A stretch of 63,911 nt of DNA, filler included, from Bacteroidales bacterium (GTDB lineage: Bacteria; Bacteroidota; Bacteroidia; Bacteroidales; CAIWKO01), in the NCBI GenBank assembly GCA_035389045.1. It is 3 parts of 3 records of this genome, joined end to end, with 100 filler letters (N's around TTAATTAATTAA, not from the genome) between each part and the next. Parts side by side here need not be neighbours in the genome. Positions count along the whole stretch, not along the records: positions 1 to 26,800 come from DAOORA010000005.1; 2 more parts are not named here. One strand, written 5' to 3'. The notes beneath the pieces were generated by a model that searched no databases, was not told the origin of the DNA, and saw nothing but the letters and a program-made list of their open reading frames with translations. Made by a program: the position numbers and the translations under genes. Every line of letters starts with the position of its first letter. Position 1 is the first letter of the stretch. This document shows, in pieces, positions 1-10,029 of the stretch.

Positions 1-116
1 CAAAAGATGATGTATTGATTAGCTGATGTGCTAATGTGATGATTACAATTGCTGCCAATTTCAGAATGAGTGTTTTCATTTTTTTAGATTTATATTTTCT
101 TTTTTATATATGTTTT

Positions 117-1679
117 TTATGGTTTGTTTATCATTTTTAAAATGGCCTGTTCGTTCTTTTGAGTTCCTGCAAATTCAAGTTTGAAGGTGTACATCCCAGC
201 CGGCAGCGCATTCGCTGAAAATAACAAGGTGTGTTTGCCGGCAGCGCTGGTTTCATTCACCAGAACGGACACCAACTCACCGATAGCATTGTAAACATTG
301 ATCTTCACCATTCCACCTTCAGGAAGGGTATAGACCAGTGTGGCCTCACCGTCAAACGGGTTGGGATAGCCCACAAACTCAAAGCCAGTCACTGATTGAT
401 CACCCTGCACAAAAACTTTAGGCATCAGCAGGTAGGCATCTTCATCCTCTTCCCCGTAACGGTTGCCGATCACACCCGTACCGGAAAGTTCAAAATCCAA
501 TACACCCTTTCCCGGATCTCTCTTCGCACGGAAGCCCAGGCGGATAAGCTCTGCGTCCGCAGCTACATCGTAATAGCCGGTGGTAGCATACACCACCCTG
601 ATCACGCCTTCCTCGTCGGTAACCAGCAGATCGTCATCCGATGCGATGATCTCTTCCAGAGTTGGATTGATGGTCACGGCGCTGCTTTTATCGCCGGCAC
701 CCGGCATCGAAACACTTACCAGTTCATAATCTTTATGAGGATAACTCAGTTCAAGCCCCAGTGCCGAAAATTCTTTCATGCCGGCACTGATACGCAGCGG
801 CAGCTCAAAATACGACGGATCACTCGTCATCAGGTATTCGTCAGTAACACTTATGATGTTTTTATCAACAGATTTGACCTGGCTCCAGGTGACCGTCGAG
901 TCACGGTATTTACTGCTGGATGCATTATAATCCCCGTAGCAGATCGTTTTCAGCGTCACATTCAGGTCGCTGCCACCCACGCTGACCAACGTATCGAGGG
1001 CCACCCAGTTGCCTTTGGGAAAATTCTTCGCCGTATTGTACGGAGCCCCGATTTTGGCCTTGATACGCGAAATATCTATCGCATTGATCGCCAAATTATT
1101 ATCTACATTGGCGGCTTTTTTATAACGGATCGTGAAATTACGCGAGGGGTCTACCGTAGTGTCTATGCCTATATAATATTTCAATATGGTCACATCTATT
1201 GCATCTACGCCATTGCCCGATTGCATAGTATCTGGGGTGTATTTGTCATAACACAGCAGGTAATTACCGGGGGAAACACTGCTTAACTGGTAATTTCCCG
1301 AATTGTCACTGGTATCGCGGGCTATTTCCTCGCCGTTGGACTGCAGTTTCAGAATCACAACCACATTGTCGATGTTGTAGATCGCCTGATTATACGAGGG
1401 CGGATTGGGCGCCGGACTACCCGGAATGGCCCTACCGGCATACTTTACTTTTCCGCAGATCATAAACTTTAATAGATCGTTCTGCTGAAAGCCCTGTGTA
1501 AGATCGATATTGGCAGTTTCGAAGGTTTCAACCACCGTTTCACCTATGGTGAAACTCAATGACCCTGAACTGTTTTGCTGAAAATCCCCGCCGGTGGATA
1601 TCACTTCGCGTGTGAGTGTCTGGGAATATCCGATGGAAACTGCTAACCATAAAACCATAAGTAATAATAATTTTTTCAT
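117..1679 (-). CDS. T9SS-secreted protein with dockerin-like repeats, a cohesin-like domain and a type A C-terminal sorting domain
   Basis: 520-aa ORF with signal peptide; paired motifs NGVDAIDVTILKYYIG and NVDNNLAINAIDISRIKAKIG; beta-rich FELPLRIS..SALGLELSY..GVIRVVY..LIRLGFRAK segment; C-terminal YPNPF..VYNAIGE..LPAGMYTFKL..KMINK. Confidence 0.75.
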   Translation of the reverse strand: MKKLLLLMVLWLAVSIGYSQTLTREVISTGGDFQQNSSGSLSFTIGETVVETFETANIDLTQGFQQNDLLKFMICGKVKYAGRAIPGSPAPNPPSYNQAIYNIDNVVVILKLQSNGEEIARDTSDNSGNYQLSSVSPGNYLLCYDKYTPDTMQSGNGVDAIDVTILKYYIGIDTTVDPSRNFTIRYKKAANVDNNLAINAIDISRIKAKIGAPYNTAKNFPKGNWVALDTLVSVGGSDLNVTLKTICYGDYNASSSKYRDSTVTWSQVKSVDKNIISVTDEYLMTSDPSYFELPLRISAGMKEFSALGLELSYPHKDYELVSVSMPGAGDKSSAVTINPTLEEIIASDDDLLVTDEEGVIRVVYATTGYYDVAADAELIRLGFRAKRDPGKGVLDFELSGTGVIGNRYGEEDEDAYLLMPKVFVQGDQSVTGFEFVGYPNPFDGEATLVYTLPEGGMVKINVYNAIGELVSVLVNETSAAGKHTLLFSANALPAGMYTFKLEFAGTQKNEQAILKMINKP

Positions 1680-1728
1680 GTTAAATTTTTTTTGTTAATA
1701 AATCAATAATTGTCACCAAAGACCCAAA

Positions 1729-1736
1729 CAAATATA
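1729..1736 (-). promoter_or_regulatory. Bacteroidota -7 promoter box (TATATTTG)
   Basis: caaatata on + strand, about 50 nt upstream of the 1679 start; matches TAnnTTTG. Confidence 0.5.
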
Positions 1737-1977
1737 TAAATTTATTTTAATAAAAAAAAATAATAAAATGATTATGATATTAACATTTTAACATGTATCA
1801 CTATTACCCGGGAAGATCCTTGAAACTCTTATGAATCAAAATTATATACAAAACAACAAGGGTGTATCAACGGCACACCCTTGTTCTTATATGTTTTTAC
1901 CTGTTATTTTGTGCCTGCAGTACAAGGTTTTAATCAGGTTAAATTTTTTTAAAATAAAAACTGTTTCCAAATGTTTT

Positions 1978-1985
1978 TATCTTTG
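1978..1985 (+). promoter_or_regulatory. Bacteroidota -7 promoter box (TATCTTTG)
   Basis: Matches TAnnTTTG 30 nt upstream of ATG 2016. Confidence 0.55.
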
Positions 1986-2015
1986 TATCACGTATCACAA
2001 TAATCCCATTCTTTT

Positions 2016-5000
2016 ATGAAAAATTTTAAGTTATGCCTTTTTGCAGTTGTATTTTTCATAACTGCGAGCCTTTCATACGGGCAAATCAGTAAAACTATCC
2101 TCAAAATTGCCACTATTAAAGACAAAACAGGCTGGGTTGAGTTTAAAAGCAAGCTGGACGCTGATCCTGCTCAGATATTTAATCTGTACCAAAGCGAATT
2201 TGGCCTGAACCCGGACGATCAGATGCAGATAGTACGGACGGTGACCGACAAAACAGGATATACTCACTACCGGTATCAGCAATATCACCAGGGAATTCCG
2301 GTTGAAGGAGCTGTATACCTCATACACAGCTTCGAAGGAAAAGCTGTCATGGGTAACGGAACCATTATTACAGGGAAGTATGTGCCGGTCGCACCTGCCC
2401 TGTCCCCGGCTGATGCTGTTGAAAAAGCCATTTCTTATACCCATGCCGGGCGCTATATGTGGGAAAATCCCGGTAATGAAGCGTTTATAAAAAAGATGAA
2501 AAAAGATCCCGCTGCCACCTTCTATCCTCAAGCCCAACTGGTGCTTTTCGACAAGCATTTCGGGAAGGATGCTGCGAAATATGTATTGGCCTACAAGGTG
2601 AATGTTTATGCTGTTAAGCCGTTATCCTATAAAAATATTTATATAGATGCCCTCACCGGCAAAGTTCTTCGTACCCTTGATCTGATCCGTGTGAGCGATG
2701 TTCCCGGCACGGCACATACCAAATACAGCGGCATCAGAACCATCACCGTGGATTCTACAGGCCCCGGCGCTTATCGTCTGAGGGAATCCGGGCGCTGTGG
2801 TATCGAAACCTATGATATGAACACTTCTACGGATTATAATACGGCTGTTGATTTTACAGATACCGACAATATCTGGAATAACGTGAATGCACAACAGGAT
2901 GAGATAGCCACCGATGCCCATTTTGGCGCTGAAGTCACCTATGATTATTATATGGATAAATTTAGCCGGGACAGCTATGATGACCTGGGTTCACCCCTGA
3001 TCAGTTATGTTCATTACGATGTGGATTATGCCAATGCTTTCTGGAACGGATTATGTATGACGTATGGCGACGGCGACGGCGCTCAGGAAGGCCCGTTCAC
3101 GGCTCTGGACGTTTGCGCTCATGAGCTTACCCACGGTGTTACAGAATATACCGCCAATCTTATTTACCAGGATGAGCCCGGGGCTTTGAACGAGGCTTTC
3201 AGCGATATATTCGGCACAGCAGTGGAGTTTTACGCCACTCCTTCCCTGGCCGACTGGTTTGTGGGTGAAGATTTCGATCTTACCGGCGGTAATGGTTTCC
3301 GCAATATGTCGGATCCTAACGAAGACGGGCAGCCCGATACCTACCTGGGCACAAATTGGTATACCGGCACCCTGGACAATGGCGGAGTGCACCGAAACAG
3401 CGGTGTGGCAAATTATTGGTTTTACCTGCTCTCGGAAGGCGGCAGCGGCACCAATGACAACGGCAGAGTTTATCTTGTTGACAGCATCGGTATTGAAAAA
3501 GCAGCACAGATAGCTTACCGAGCACTATCCGTATACCTGACGCCGGCATCCAACTTTTATGATATGCGCATAGCCAGCATACAGGCAGCGACAGACCTTT
3601 ACGGCAGCTGCTCCAACGAAATGGCCCAGACCGCCAACGCCTGGTTTGCCGTGGGTGTGGGTATGGGCATTTCTGATAACGACGTTTATATCAACAAGGT
3701 GGTCACACCTCAAACGGCTTGTGGCATGTCCAGCGAAGTTGTCAAAGTGAGGATGTTTTACAATGGATGCAATCTGCCGATAAATGCCGGCGACAGCATT
3801 TATTTCTTCTACCAGGCCGACGGAGGGCCTATAGTAAATGATACGCTTATCCTCACTTCCCCCATAAATGGCGGCGACTCCCTCGATTTCACTTTTTCTG
3901 TTACGGCCGATGTTCACACCCTGGGATATCATACGGTGGATTGCTGGGTAAAGTATGTCAATGATACGGTTGCATACAATGATACACTGGCCACCTATAC
4001 CTTCGAAAACAAATTATATCAGAACAGCGATGTCGGGGTAACAGGTTTTGCCTCACCGGTCACCGAATGTAATCTGAGCCATGCGGAAGATGTGACCATA
4101 AAAATAGGATTCTTTGGCTGTGAATACCTGCCTGCAGGCCATGAAATCCCGGTAGGCTACAGTATTAACAACGGGTCTTATATTTATGACACCTTAACAA
4201 CAGCTTATGATATGTATCCGGATTCGGTTTTTTATTTCACCTTCTCCACTCCTGCCGACCTGTCCGGTTCCGGAGCCAGCTATACCTTCAAAGCCAAAAC
4301 CTTCTTCGACATCGACAGCCTGAATACCAATGATGAGTTTGTAAGTTATGCAGTCAAAAATCCTCTTAGCCTGACGGATACCATCGTAACTTTTGAGCAA
4401 AGCAATGCAAGCAATATGTATATGGTGAGCCTGGCGCCCTATGCCAATGCGTCTATTACTTCTGCCGCCCATAACACCGGGGCCAAAGGTTTCCAGATGA
4501 CCGGCGGCAATGCTTTTGCATATTACACCATGCTCGAATTTCCTGATGGTTCAAATACGTGGACCATCAACGATTTTCTGTCTGCAAAAATAACCTTTTG
4601 CGTTGATGCAACCAACTGGACCACAGCCCACATGCGATACGACCTGAAGCAAACCTTTGGTAAACAGGGCTACGAAATGGTGCTGGGCAGCAGCTACGAT
4701 TATTCAGTAGCAAGCAATTTCAGGGTGCTGGTCAACGGCATTCAGGTAGGCGGCACCTACAACCCCGTAACGGCATATTCCGATCCTTTTGTCACGCATT
4801 TTATTGACCTGAGCGCTCATGCCGGAACTAAATTCAATGTTACTTTTGAAACAAGGAATATTTGTAAGGACACGCTGATCTTAATTATGGATAACGCCTA
4901 TGTGGACAATGTAAAATTCATGCAGATATCAGATGTAGGTATCGAAGCAGAAGACCTGAGCGGAAATCTCGAAATTTTCCCTAATCCGGTCAATGAAATT

Positions 5001-5210
5001 CTTTATATCAACCTGTTTTCAAATGAGTTGCAGAAAGTAAATATGGAACTTATGGATGTTCAGGGCAAACTGCTTGAAAGCAAAACGGAACACTCTTCCA
5101 TTGGCCCGAATGTCTTTCAGATGGATATGACGGGGAGAGCGCCGGGGATTTATTTCATCAGGATGAGCACCGGCAAAGGCATATATAACAATAAGATAAT
5201 AAAGAAATGA
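2016..5210 (+). CDS. M4 (thermolysin-family) metallopeptidase with propeptide, Ig/CARDB-like repeats and T9SS CTD
   Basis: NAFWNG, HELTH (3120-3134), NEAFSD and GGVHRNSG motifs; FTP/PepSY-like propeptide (HYRYQQYHQGIPV); C-terminal IFPNPV..GIYFIRM..KIIKK. Confidence 0.93.
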   Translation: MKNFKLCLFAVVFFITASLSYGQISKTILKIATIKDKTGWVEFKSKLDADPAQIFNLYQSEFGLNPDDQMQIVRTVTDKTGYTHYRYQQYHQGIPVEGAVYLIHSFEGKAVMGNGTIITGKYVPVAPALSPADAVEKAISYTHAGRYMWENPGNEAFIKKMKKDPAATFYPQAQLVLFDKHFGKDAAKYVLAYKVNVYAVKPLSYKNIYIDALTGKVLRTLDLIRVSDVPGTAHTKYSGIRTITVDSTGPGAYRLRESGRCGIETYDMNTSTDYNTAVDFTDTDNIWNNVNAQQDEIATDAHFGAEVTYDYYMDKFSRDSYDDLGSPLISYVHYDVDYANAFWNGLCMTYGDGDGAQEGPFTALDVCAHELTHGVTEYTANLIYQDEPGALNEAFSDIFGTAVEFYATPSLADWFVGEDFDLTGGNGFRNMSDPNEDGQPDTYLGTNWYTGTLDNGGVHRNSGVANYWFYLLSEGGSGTNDNGRVYLVDSIGIEKAAQIAYRALSVYLTPASNFYDMRIASIQAATDLYGSCSNEMAQTANAWFAVGVGMGISDNDVYINKVVTPQTACGMSSEVVKVRMFYNGCNLPINAGDSIYFFYQADGGPIVNDTLILTSPINGGDSLDFTFSVTADVHTLGYHTVDCWVKYVNDTVAYNDTLATYTFENKLYQNSDVGVTGFASPVTECNLSHAEDVTIKIGFFGCEYLPAGHEIPVGYSINNGSYIYDTLTTAYDMYPDSVFYFTFSTPADLSGSGASYTFKAKTFFDIDSLNTNDEFVSYAVKNPLSLTDTIVTFEQSNASNMYMVSLAPYANASITSAAHNTGAKGFQMTGGNAFAYYTMLEFPDGSNTWTINDFLSAKITFCVDATNWTTAHMRYDLKQTFGKQGYEMVLGSSYDYSVASNFRVLVNGIQVGGTYNPVTAYSDPFVTHFIDLSAHAGTKFNVTFETRNICKDTLILIMDNAYVDNVKFMQISDVGIEAEDLSGNLEIFPNPVNEILYINLFSNELQKVNMELMDVQGKLLESKTEHSSIGPNVFQMDMTGRAPGIYFIRMSTGKGIYNNKIIKK

Positions 5211-5213
5211 TGA

Positions 5214-5630
5214 TTATTTTCTTCTGATAAGGCTCCAGACCTTATCGAAAAAATCCACATATTGTTGGGGAGGCTTCGCATTGGGGCTTCCCCATTTTAT
5301 TTCATAGGTTTTACCATCAAGCGTATAAAGGATAAATGACGTCATGTTGCCCGGATGTGAAAATGTAGTTCCTGTGATGTTCAGCTTATCAAACTGACAA
5401 AAAATACCTGCGATTTCCTTTTTTCCGGCTTTCATAAGCAGTTCTTCGGTCATATCATCCCTGACCAGGTATACAGACCCGTTTTCACATACCCTGTATA
5501 TGTCGTAACGGCCTGTAAACCCACCTCCTTTGCCAATGGTAAACGATCGGCTGGTCTTTGTCGTATTACAAGAATAATTCATCAATAACATAATGATTAA
5601 CAGTAATATATTTATGTTTATTTTAAGCAT
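5214..5630 (-). CDS. hypothetical lipoprotein
   Basis: 138-aa ORF, hydrophobic N-terminus ending NYS-C (lipobox-like), GGGFTG motif. Confidence 0.65.
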   Translation of the reverse strand: MLKININILLLIIMLLMNYSCNTTKTSRSFTIGKGGGFTGRYDIYRVCENGSVYLVRDDMTEELLMKAGKKEIAGIFCQFDKLNITGTTFSHPGNMTSFILYTLDGKTYEIKWGSPNAKPPQQYVDFFDKVWSLIRRK

Positions 5631-5713
5631 TAGTTTAACTAATAATTTATGGTTTTCCGGTTAATACATCAATGGATTATAAGGTTAATCTGTTTCATGT
5701 TCAGAATATTCTT

Positions 5714-7504
5714 TCACATTCTTTCGGGGACATCAATGCCCAGCAGCTCCATAGAGTTTTTAATAATTATACCTGTAAAACAGGACAATGCGAGTCTGAA
5801 ATTTACGAGATTATGATCTTCATCTTTCAGTACCGGTATCCGCTGGTAAAACTGATTGTATTGTTTTGCCAGATCATAAACATAATTGGCGATGCGGGCA
5901 GGGCTAAGTTCTTCAGCAGCAAGCGATAAGGTTCGCCTGAAATTATAGCACAGAAACAGCAATTCCCGTTCTTCTTCCAATAATACAGGGAAATCAGAAA
6001 ATACCAGATCTCCAGAATTTTTACCCGACCGGCGCAACAGGGATTGGATTCTGGCATAGGTATATTGAATGAAAGGCCCTGTATTTCCGTCAAAATCAAT
6101 AGATTCTCTAGGATTGAACATCATATTTTTGACCGGATCCACTTTCAGGATAAAATATTTCAATCCACCGAGACCAATCATTCGAAATAATTGGTTCGCT
6201 TCTTCCGAATCAAAACTTTCCAGTTTTCCCAGTTCCGTGGTGATCTGCCTTGCCGTTCCGGTAACTTCATCGATGAGGTCATCGGCATCCACCACGGTTC
6301 CTTCACGTGATTTCATTTTACCTTCGGGCAGTTCGACCATGCCATAGGAAAAATGGATAATATTTCCGGCCCAGGCATATCCGGCTTTTATCAGGACTTT
6401 CTTCAGCACGTCGAAATGATAATTCTGTTCATTACCAACGACATAGATCATTTTTTCGGGTAAAAACTCATCCTGCCGCATAATGGCCGTCCCAATATCC
6501 TGTGTCATATACACCGAAGTTCCATCGGCACGTAACAGCAACTTTTCATCCAGGCCATCCGCAGTAAGGTCAACCCAAACCGAGCCGTCGTCTTTTTTAA
6601 TAAAGACGTTTTTTTTAAGGCCTTCATTCACAACATCTTTCCCTGATAAATACGTCTGCGACTCGTAATAGGTTTTTTCGAAAGTGATGCCGAGATTTTT
6701 ATAGGTCAGGTCAAATCCTTGGTAAACCCATGAATTCATCTGAGCCCAGAGTTCGCGTGTTTCCTGATCGCCCTGCTCCCACTTCAACAGCATCTCCTGG
6801 GCTTCCCGTATCAGCGGGGCATTTTTTGCAGCGTCCTCTTCGGTGGCTCCGTCACGGATCATGGCCTGAATTTCAGCTTTATAGTGTTTGTCAAACTCTA
6901 CGTAATATTTTCCAACCAGTTTGTCGCCTTTTAGTCCTGAAGTTTCCGGAGTCTCACTCCCGCCCCATTTCTGCCAGGCAAGCATGGATTTGCAGATGTG
7001 TATGCCACGGTCGTTCACCAGGTTTACCCGTATCACTTTTTTACCATTGGCCATTAATATGCGTGACAGCGAATCGCCTAAAAGATTGTTACGGATATGT
7101 CCGAGATGCAGGGGTTTGTTCGTGTTTGGGGATGAATATTCTACGATTACCGGCTTTTGATTTTCCTCCGGTTTCCTTATTCCATAATTGCAGACGCAAA
7201 AATTGTTTCTTAAAAAATCCATCCAGTAATTTCCGGCGATGCGAAGATTAAGGAATCCCTTAACTACACTAAAACCTTCGACGAATCCCAGATTTTGTTT
7301 CAGAAAGGCTCCGAGTTCATTAGCAGTTTGTTCGGGTGATTTTTTCGAGTATCGTATCAGTGGGAAAACCATCAGGGTAAAATCGGCCTCATTCCTGTAT
7401 TGAATATTGGTCTTCTGAACACTCACCAAGGAAGCGTTAATATCCTGATTATAAAGTTTTTTGACTGCTTCAACCACATGGTGGATCAGCTCTGTTTCCA
7501 GCAT
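5714..7504 (-). CDS. argS: arginine--tRNA ligase
   Basis: VEYSSPNTNKPLHLGHIRN (HIGH), KMKSREG (KMSKS), GNTGPFIQYTYARI, C-terminal LLGIDVPERM. Confidence 0.98.
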   Translation of the reverse strand: MLETELIHHVVEAVKKLYNQDINASLVSVQKTNIQYRNEADFTLMVFPLIRYSKKSPEQTANELGAFLKQNLGFVEGFSVVKGFLNLRIAGNYWMDFLRNNFCVCNYGIRKPEENQKPVIVEYSSPNTNKPLHLGHIRNNLLGDSLSRILMANGKKVIRVNLVNDRGIHICKSMLAWQKWGGSETPETSGLKGDKLVGKYYVEFDKHYKAEIQAMIRDGATEEDAAKNAPLIREAQEMLLKWEQGDQETRELWAQMNSWVYQGFDLTYKNLGITFEKTYYESQTYLSGKDVVNEGLKKNVFIKKDDGSVWVDLTADGLDEKLLLRADGTSVYMTQDIGTAIMRQDEFLPEKMIYVVGNEQNYHFDVLKKVLIKAGYAWAGNIIHFSYGMVELPEGKMKSREGTVVDADDLIDEVTGTARQITTELGKLESFDSEEANQLFRMIGLGGLKYFILKVDPVKNMMFNPRESIDFDGNTGPFIQYTYARIQSLLRRSGKNSGDLVFSDFPVLLEEERELLFLCYNFRRTLSLAAEELSPARIANYVYDLAKQYNQFYQRIPVLKDEDHNLVNFRLALSCFTGIIIKNSMELLGIDVPERM

Positions 7505-7620
7505 AATATTTTTTTACAAACTTACAAAAAAATTTATATGTCATGCGATTAGCCCAAAAATGAACGCTGTCAGGTCAAATTATTTGTTATATCTTTCTTG
7601 TATAGTTTTTCCGATGGAAT

Positions 7621-7628
7621 TATATTTG
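7621..7628 (+). promoter_or_regulatory. Bacteroidota -7 promoter box (TATATTTG) upstream of the TMTC-like array
   Basis: Matches TAnnTTTG about 70 nt before ATG 7701. Confidence 0.5.
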
Positions 7629-7700
7629 TCAAAAAATGTACACGGAAAATTGCTCCTGCCCTTTTGGTATCTGCTGAAATTATAGTAGAAACATACATAA

Positions 7701-9923
7701 ATGACCGAGAAAAACAAAAGCAAAAAAAATACCCGGAAAACCGGTTCAGGGAAAAAGACAACTGAAAAGCCAGTTGCCATCAGGCATAAATGGGTTTGGA
7801 CCGCTTTACTGCTTGTCCTGCTTACCACTTTTGCTGTTTATTTTAATGCCATAAAATTTGATTTTCTGCGAAACTGGGATGACAATCAATATATTTATGA
7901 GAACGCTCATATCATGGGTTTGCAGTGGGAAAACATCAAATTGTTTTTCACCAGTTTCTATGTAGGTAATTATCAACCGGTAACCATGTTATTTTTTGCA
8001 ATAGAATATAAAATCGGCGCAGGACATGCTTCAGTGTTCCATCTGACGAATATCTTACTGCATCTGTTCAATACTTTATTTGTTTTTATTTTTATACGGA
8101 AAATAGTTCCGAAAGGAAACGCTGTTGCCCTGATCACGGCTGCTTTTTTTGCTGTTCACCCTATGCATGTTGAATCTGTAGCCTGGATCTCGGAACGAAA
8201 AGATGTGCTGTATTCCTTTTTTTTCATGATTTCACTGATATTGTATGCAGAATATATCAAAAGACCGAGAGTATTGCTCCTGGTGTCAGCGGCTATCCTG
8301 CACATACTTTCCTGTATGAGTAAGTCGGCAGCGGTTATTCTGCCCTTAGTGATGCTTCTTATTGATTATTACACCGGACGTAAATTCAGGTGGGCCATCA
8401 TTATAGAAAAAATTCCTTTTTTTGTAATTTCACTTGTTTTCGGCTATGTCGCCACACTGTCGCAAAAAGGCGCCATGGAATATATATTGCCTGACATTTC
8501 ATTAATCAACCGCATTTCACTGGTATCTTATTCTGTTTTTAGTTATATTTATAAAGCATTCATACCTGTTCATCTGTCGGCCATTCACCCTTATCCGCAT
8601 GAAACCGGAGGGATGCTGCCGCTGATATTCTATTTCTCTGTGCTCTTCACAGGGATAATACTCTTTGCCGTATGGTTCTCGCGCAGGTGGGGTAAAGACG
8701 GTATTTTCGGATTTCTTTTTTTTCTTATCACGATCATCCTGGTACTTCAGTTTTTGCCTTTCGGGGCTGCAATCATGGCTGACCGTTATACCTATATCCC
8801 TTACATTGGGTTGTTTTTCATTACAGGCAAAATCTATGAATACGTTGTAAGGCATTTGGATAAAAATCATAAAAAATTCAATAAAGTACCTTTTGGCCTG
8901 ATGATATTGTGTTTTATTATTTTTTCAGCAATCAGTTTTGCAAGGGTGCAAAAATGGAAAAATGATGAAATACTTTTTACTGATGCCATGAAAAAATACC
9001 CGGATTGCTGTGTCCCTTATTTCAACCGGGGACACTATTACTCAAATTATTATGCCAAAACAATGTTTGCGAACGATAGCAGAAACAGAGAGAACTATTT
9101 TAATAAAGCCATCTCGGATTATGAAAATGCATTGAAATTTGGTTTGAATAAAGCGGATACCGCTATCGCCTACCTCAGCATGGGAAATGTAAGAAGTGAT
9201 CTCGGAGATTACTATGGCGCTATATATGATTACGATAAGGTAATAAAAACAGATTCCAAATATTTAAATGCTTATATTAACAGAGGTAACGCCAGAAGTA
9301 AGCTTATGGATTTTAAAGGCGCTCTTGAAGATTTTAATAAAACCCTTGAAATCGATTCCAATAATTTAATTGCTTTGATAAACCGGGGTATCACAAAAAA
9401 TAATCTGAACGATTACACAGGAGCTTTGTCGGATTTTGATAAAGCAGCCTCTATCGATAAGAACAACTATAATGTTTATAACAACCGGGGATTCAGCAGG
9501 TTCATGATGAAGGATTATGCCAATGCGATACTTGATTATGACAGAGCTATCAATATCGATAAGAATAATCCTTCAGCCTACATCAACAGAAGTTATGCAA
9601 AACGCGAGGCAAAGGATTACCGGGGCGAACTTGAAGATTTGGATAACATCATTGCATTGGATCCGCAAAATCCTTATTCATACAGTAACAGAGGTGTCGC
9701 AAAATTTCGCATTAATGATTATCAGGGCGCTATGGATGATTTTACAAAAGCCATTGAAATTGATGAACGTTTTGCAAAAGCATACAACGACAGAGGGTCT
9801 GCAAGGTATATGCTAAAAGATTATAAAGGCGCACTGGAAGATTACAACAAGGCTATAGAGAATGACCCTCAGCTGGTGGAAGCGGTCGAAAACAGAAACA
9901 AGGTATTAAAGATGCTGAAATAA
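7701..9923 (+). CDS. TMTC-like multi-pass GT-C glycosyltransferase with C-terminal TPR repeats (paralog 1)
   Basis: Many TM helices; NWDD, YQP, HLTNILLH, FAVHPMHVESVAWISERKD, SKS, ADRYTY motifs; long TPR tail (AYxNRG..A..DF/YxKAIE). Confidence 0.85.
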   Translation: MTEKNKSKKNTRKTGSGKKTTEKPVAIRHKWVWTALLLVLLTTFAVYFNAIKFDFLRNWDDNQYIYENAHIMGLQWENIKLFFTSFYVGNYQPVTMLFFAIEYKIGAGHASVFHLTNILLHLFNTLFVFIFIRKIVPKGNAVALITAAFFAVHPMHVESVAWISERKDVLYSFFFMISLILYAEYIKRPRVLLLVSAAILHILSCMSKSAAVILPLVMLLIDYYTGRKFRWAIIIEKIPFFVISLVFGYVATLSQKGAMEYILPDISLINRISLVSYSVFSYIYKAFIPVHLSAIHPYPHETGGMLPLIFYFSVLFTGIILFAVWFSRRWGKDGIFGFLFFLITIILVLQFLPFGAAIMADRYTYIPYIGLFFITGKIYEYVVRHLDKNHKKFNKVPFGLMILCFIIFSAISFARVQKWKNDEILFTDAMKKYPDCCVPYFNRGHYYSNYYAKTMFANDSRNRENYFNKAISDYENALKFGLNKADTAIAYLSMGNVRSDLGDYYGAIYDYDKVIKTDSKYLNAYINRGNARSKLMDFKGALEDFNKTLEIDSNNLIALINRGITKNNLNDYTGALSDFDKAASIDKNNYNVYNNRGFSRFMMKDYANAILDYDRAINIDKNNPSAYINRSYAKREAKDYRGELEDLDNIIALDPQNPYSYSNRGVAKFRINDYQGAMDDFTKAIEIDERFAKAYNDRGSARYMLKDYKGALEDYNKAIENDPQLVEAVENRNKVLKMLK

Positions 9924-10029
9924 GAAAGGAAAAACATATGAATTTTGTTGCAGTTTCCGTGAACTTAAACTGGTTGACCTGCCCGAACAGTATAATCTAT
10001 TGTTGCACCCAGGCGGCAAATAAATCATC

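Noticed and set aside
396..1286. 296-aa plus-strand ORF
   Set aside because: Entirely antisense to the well-formed T9SS protein; no motifs; typical shadow ORF.
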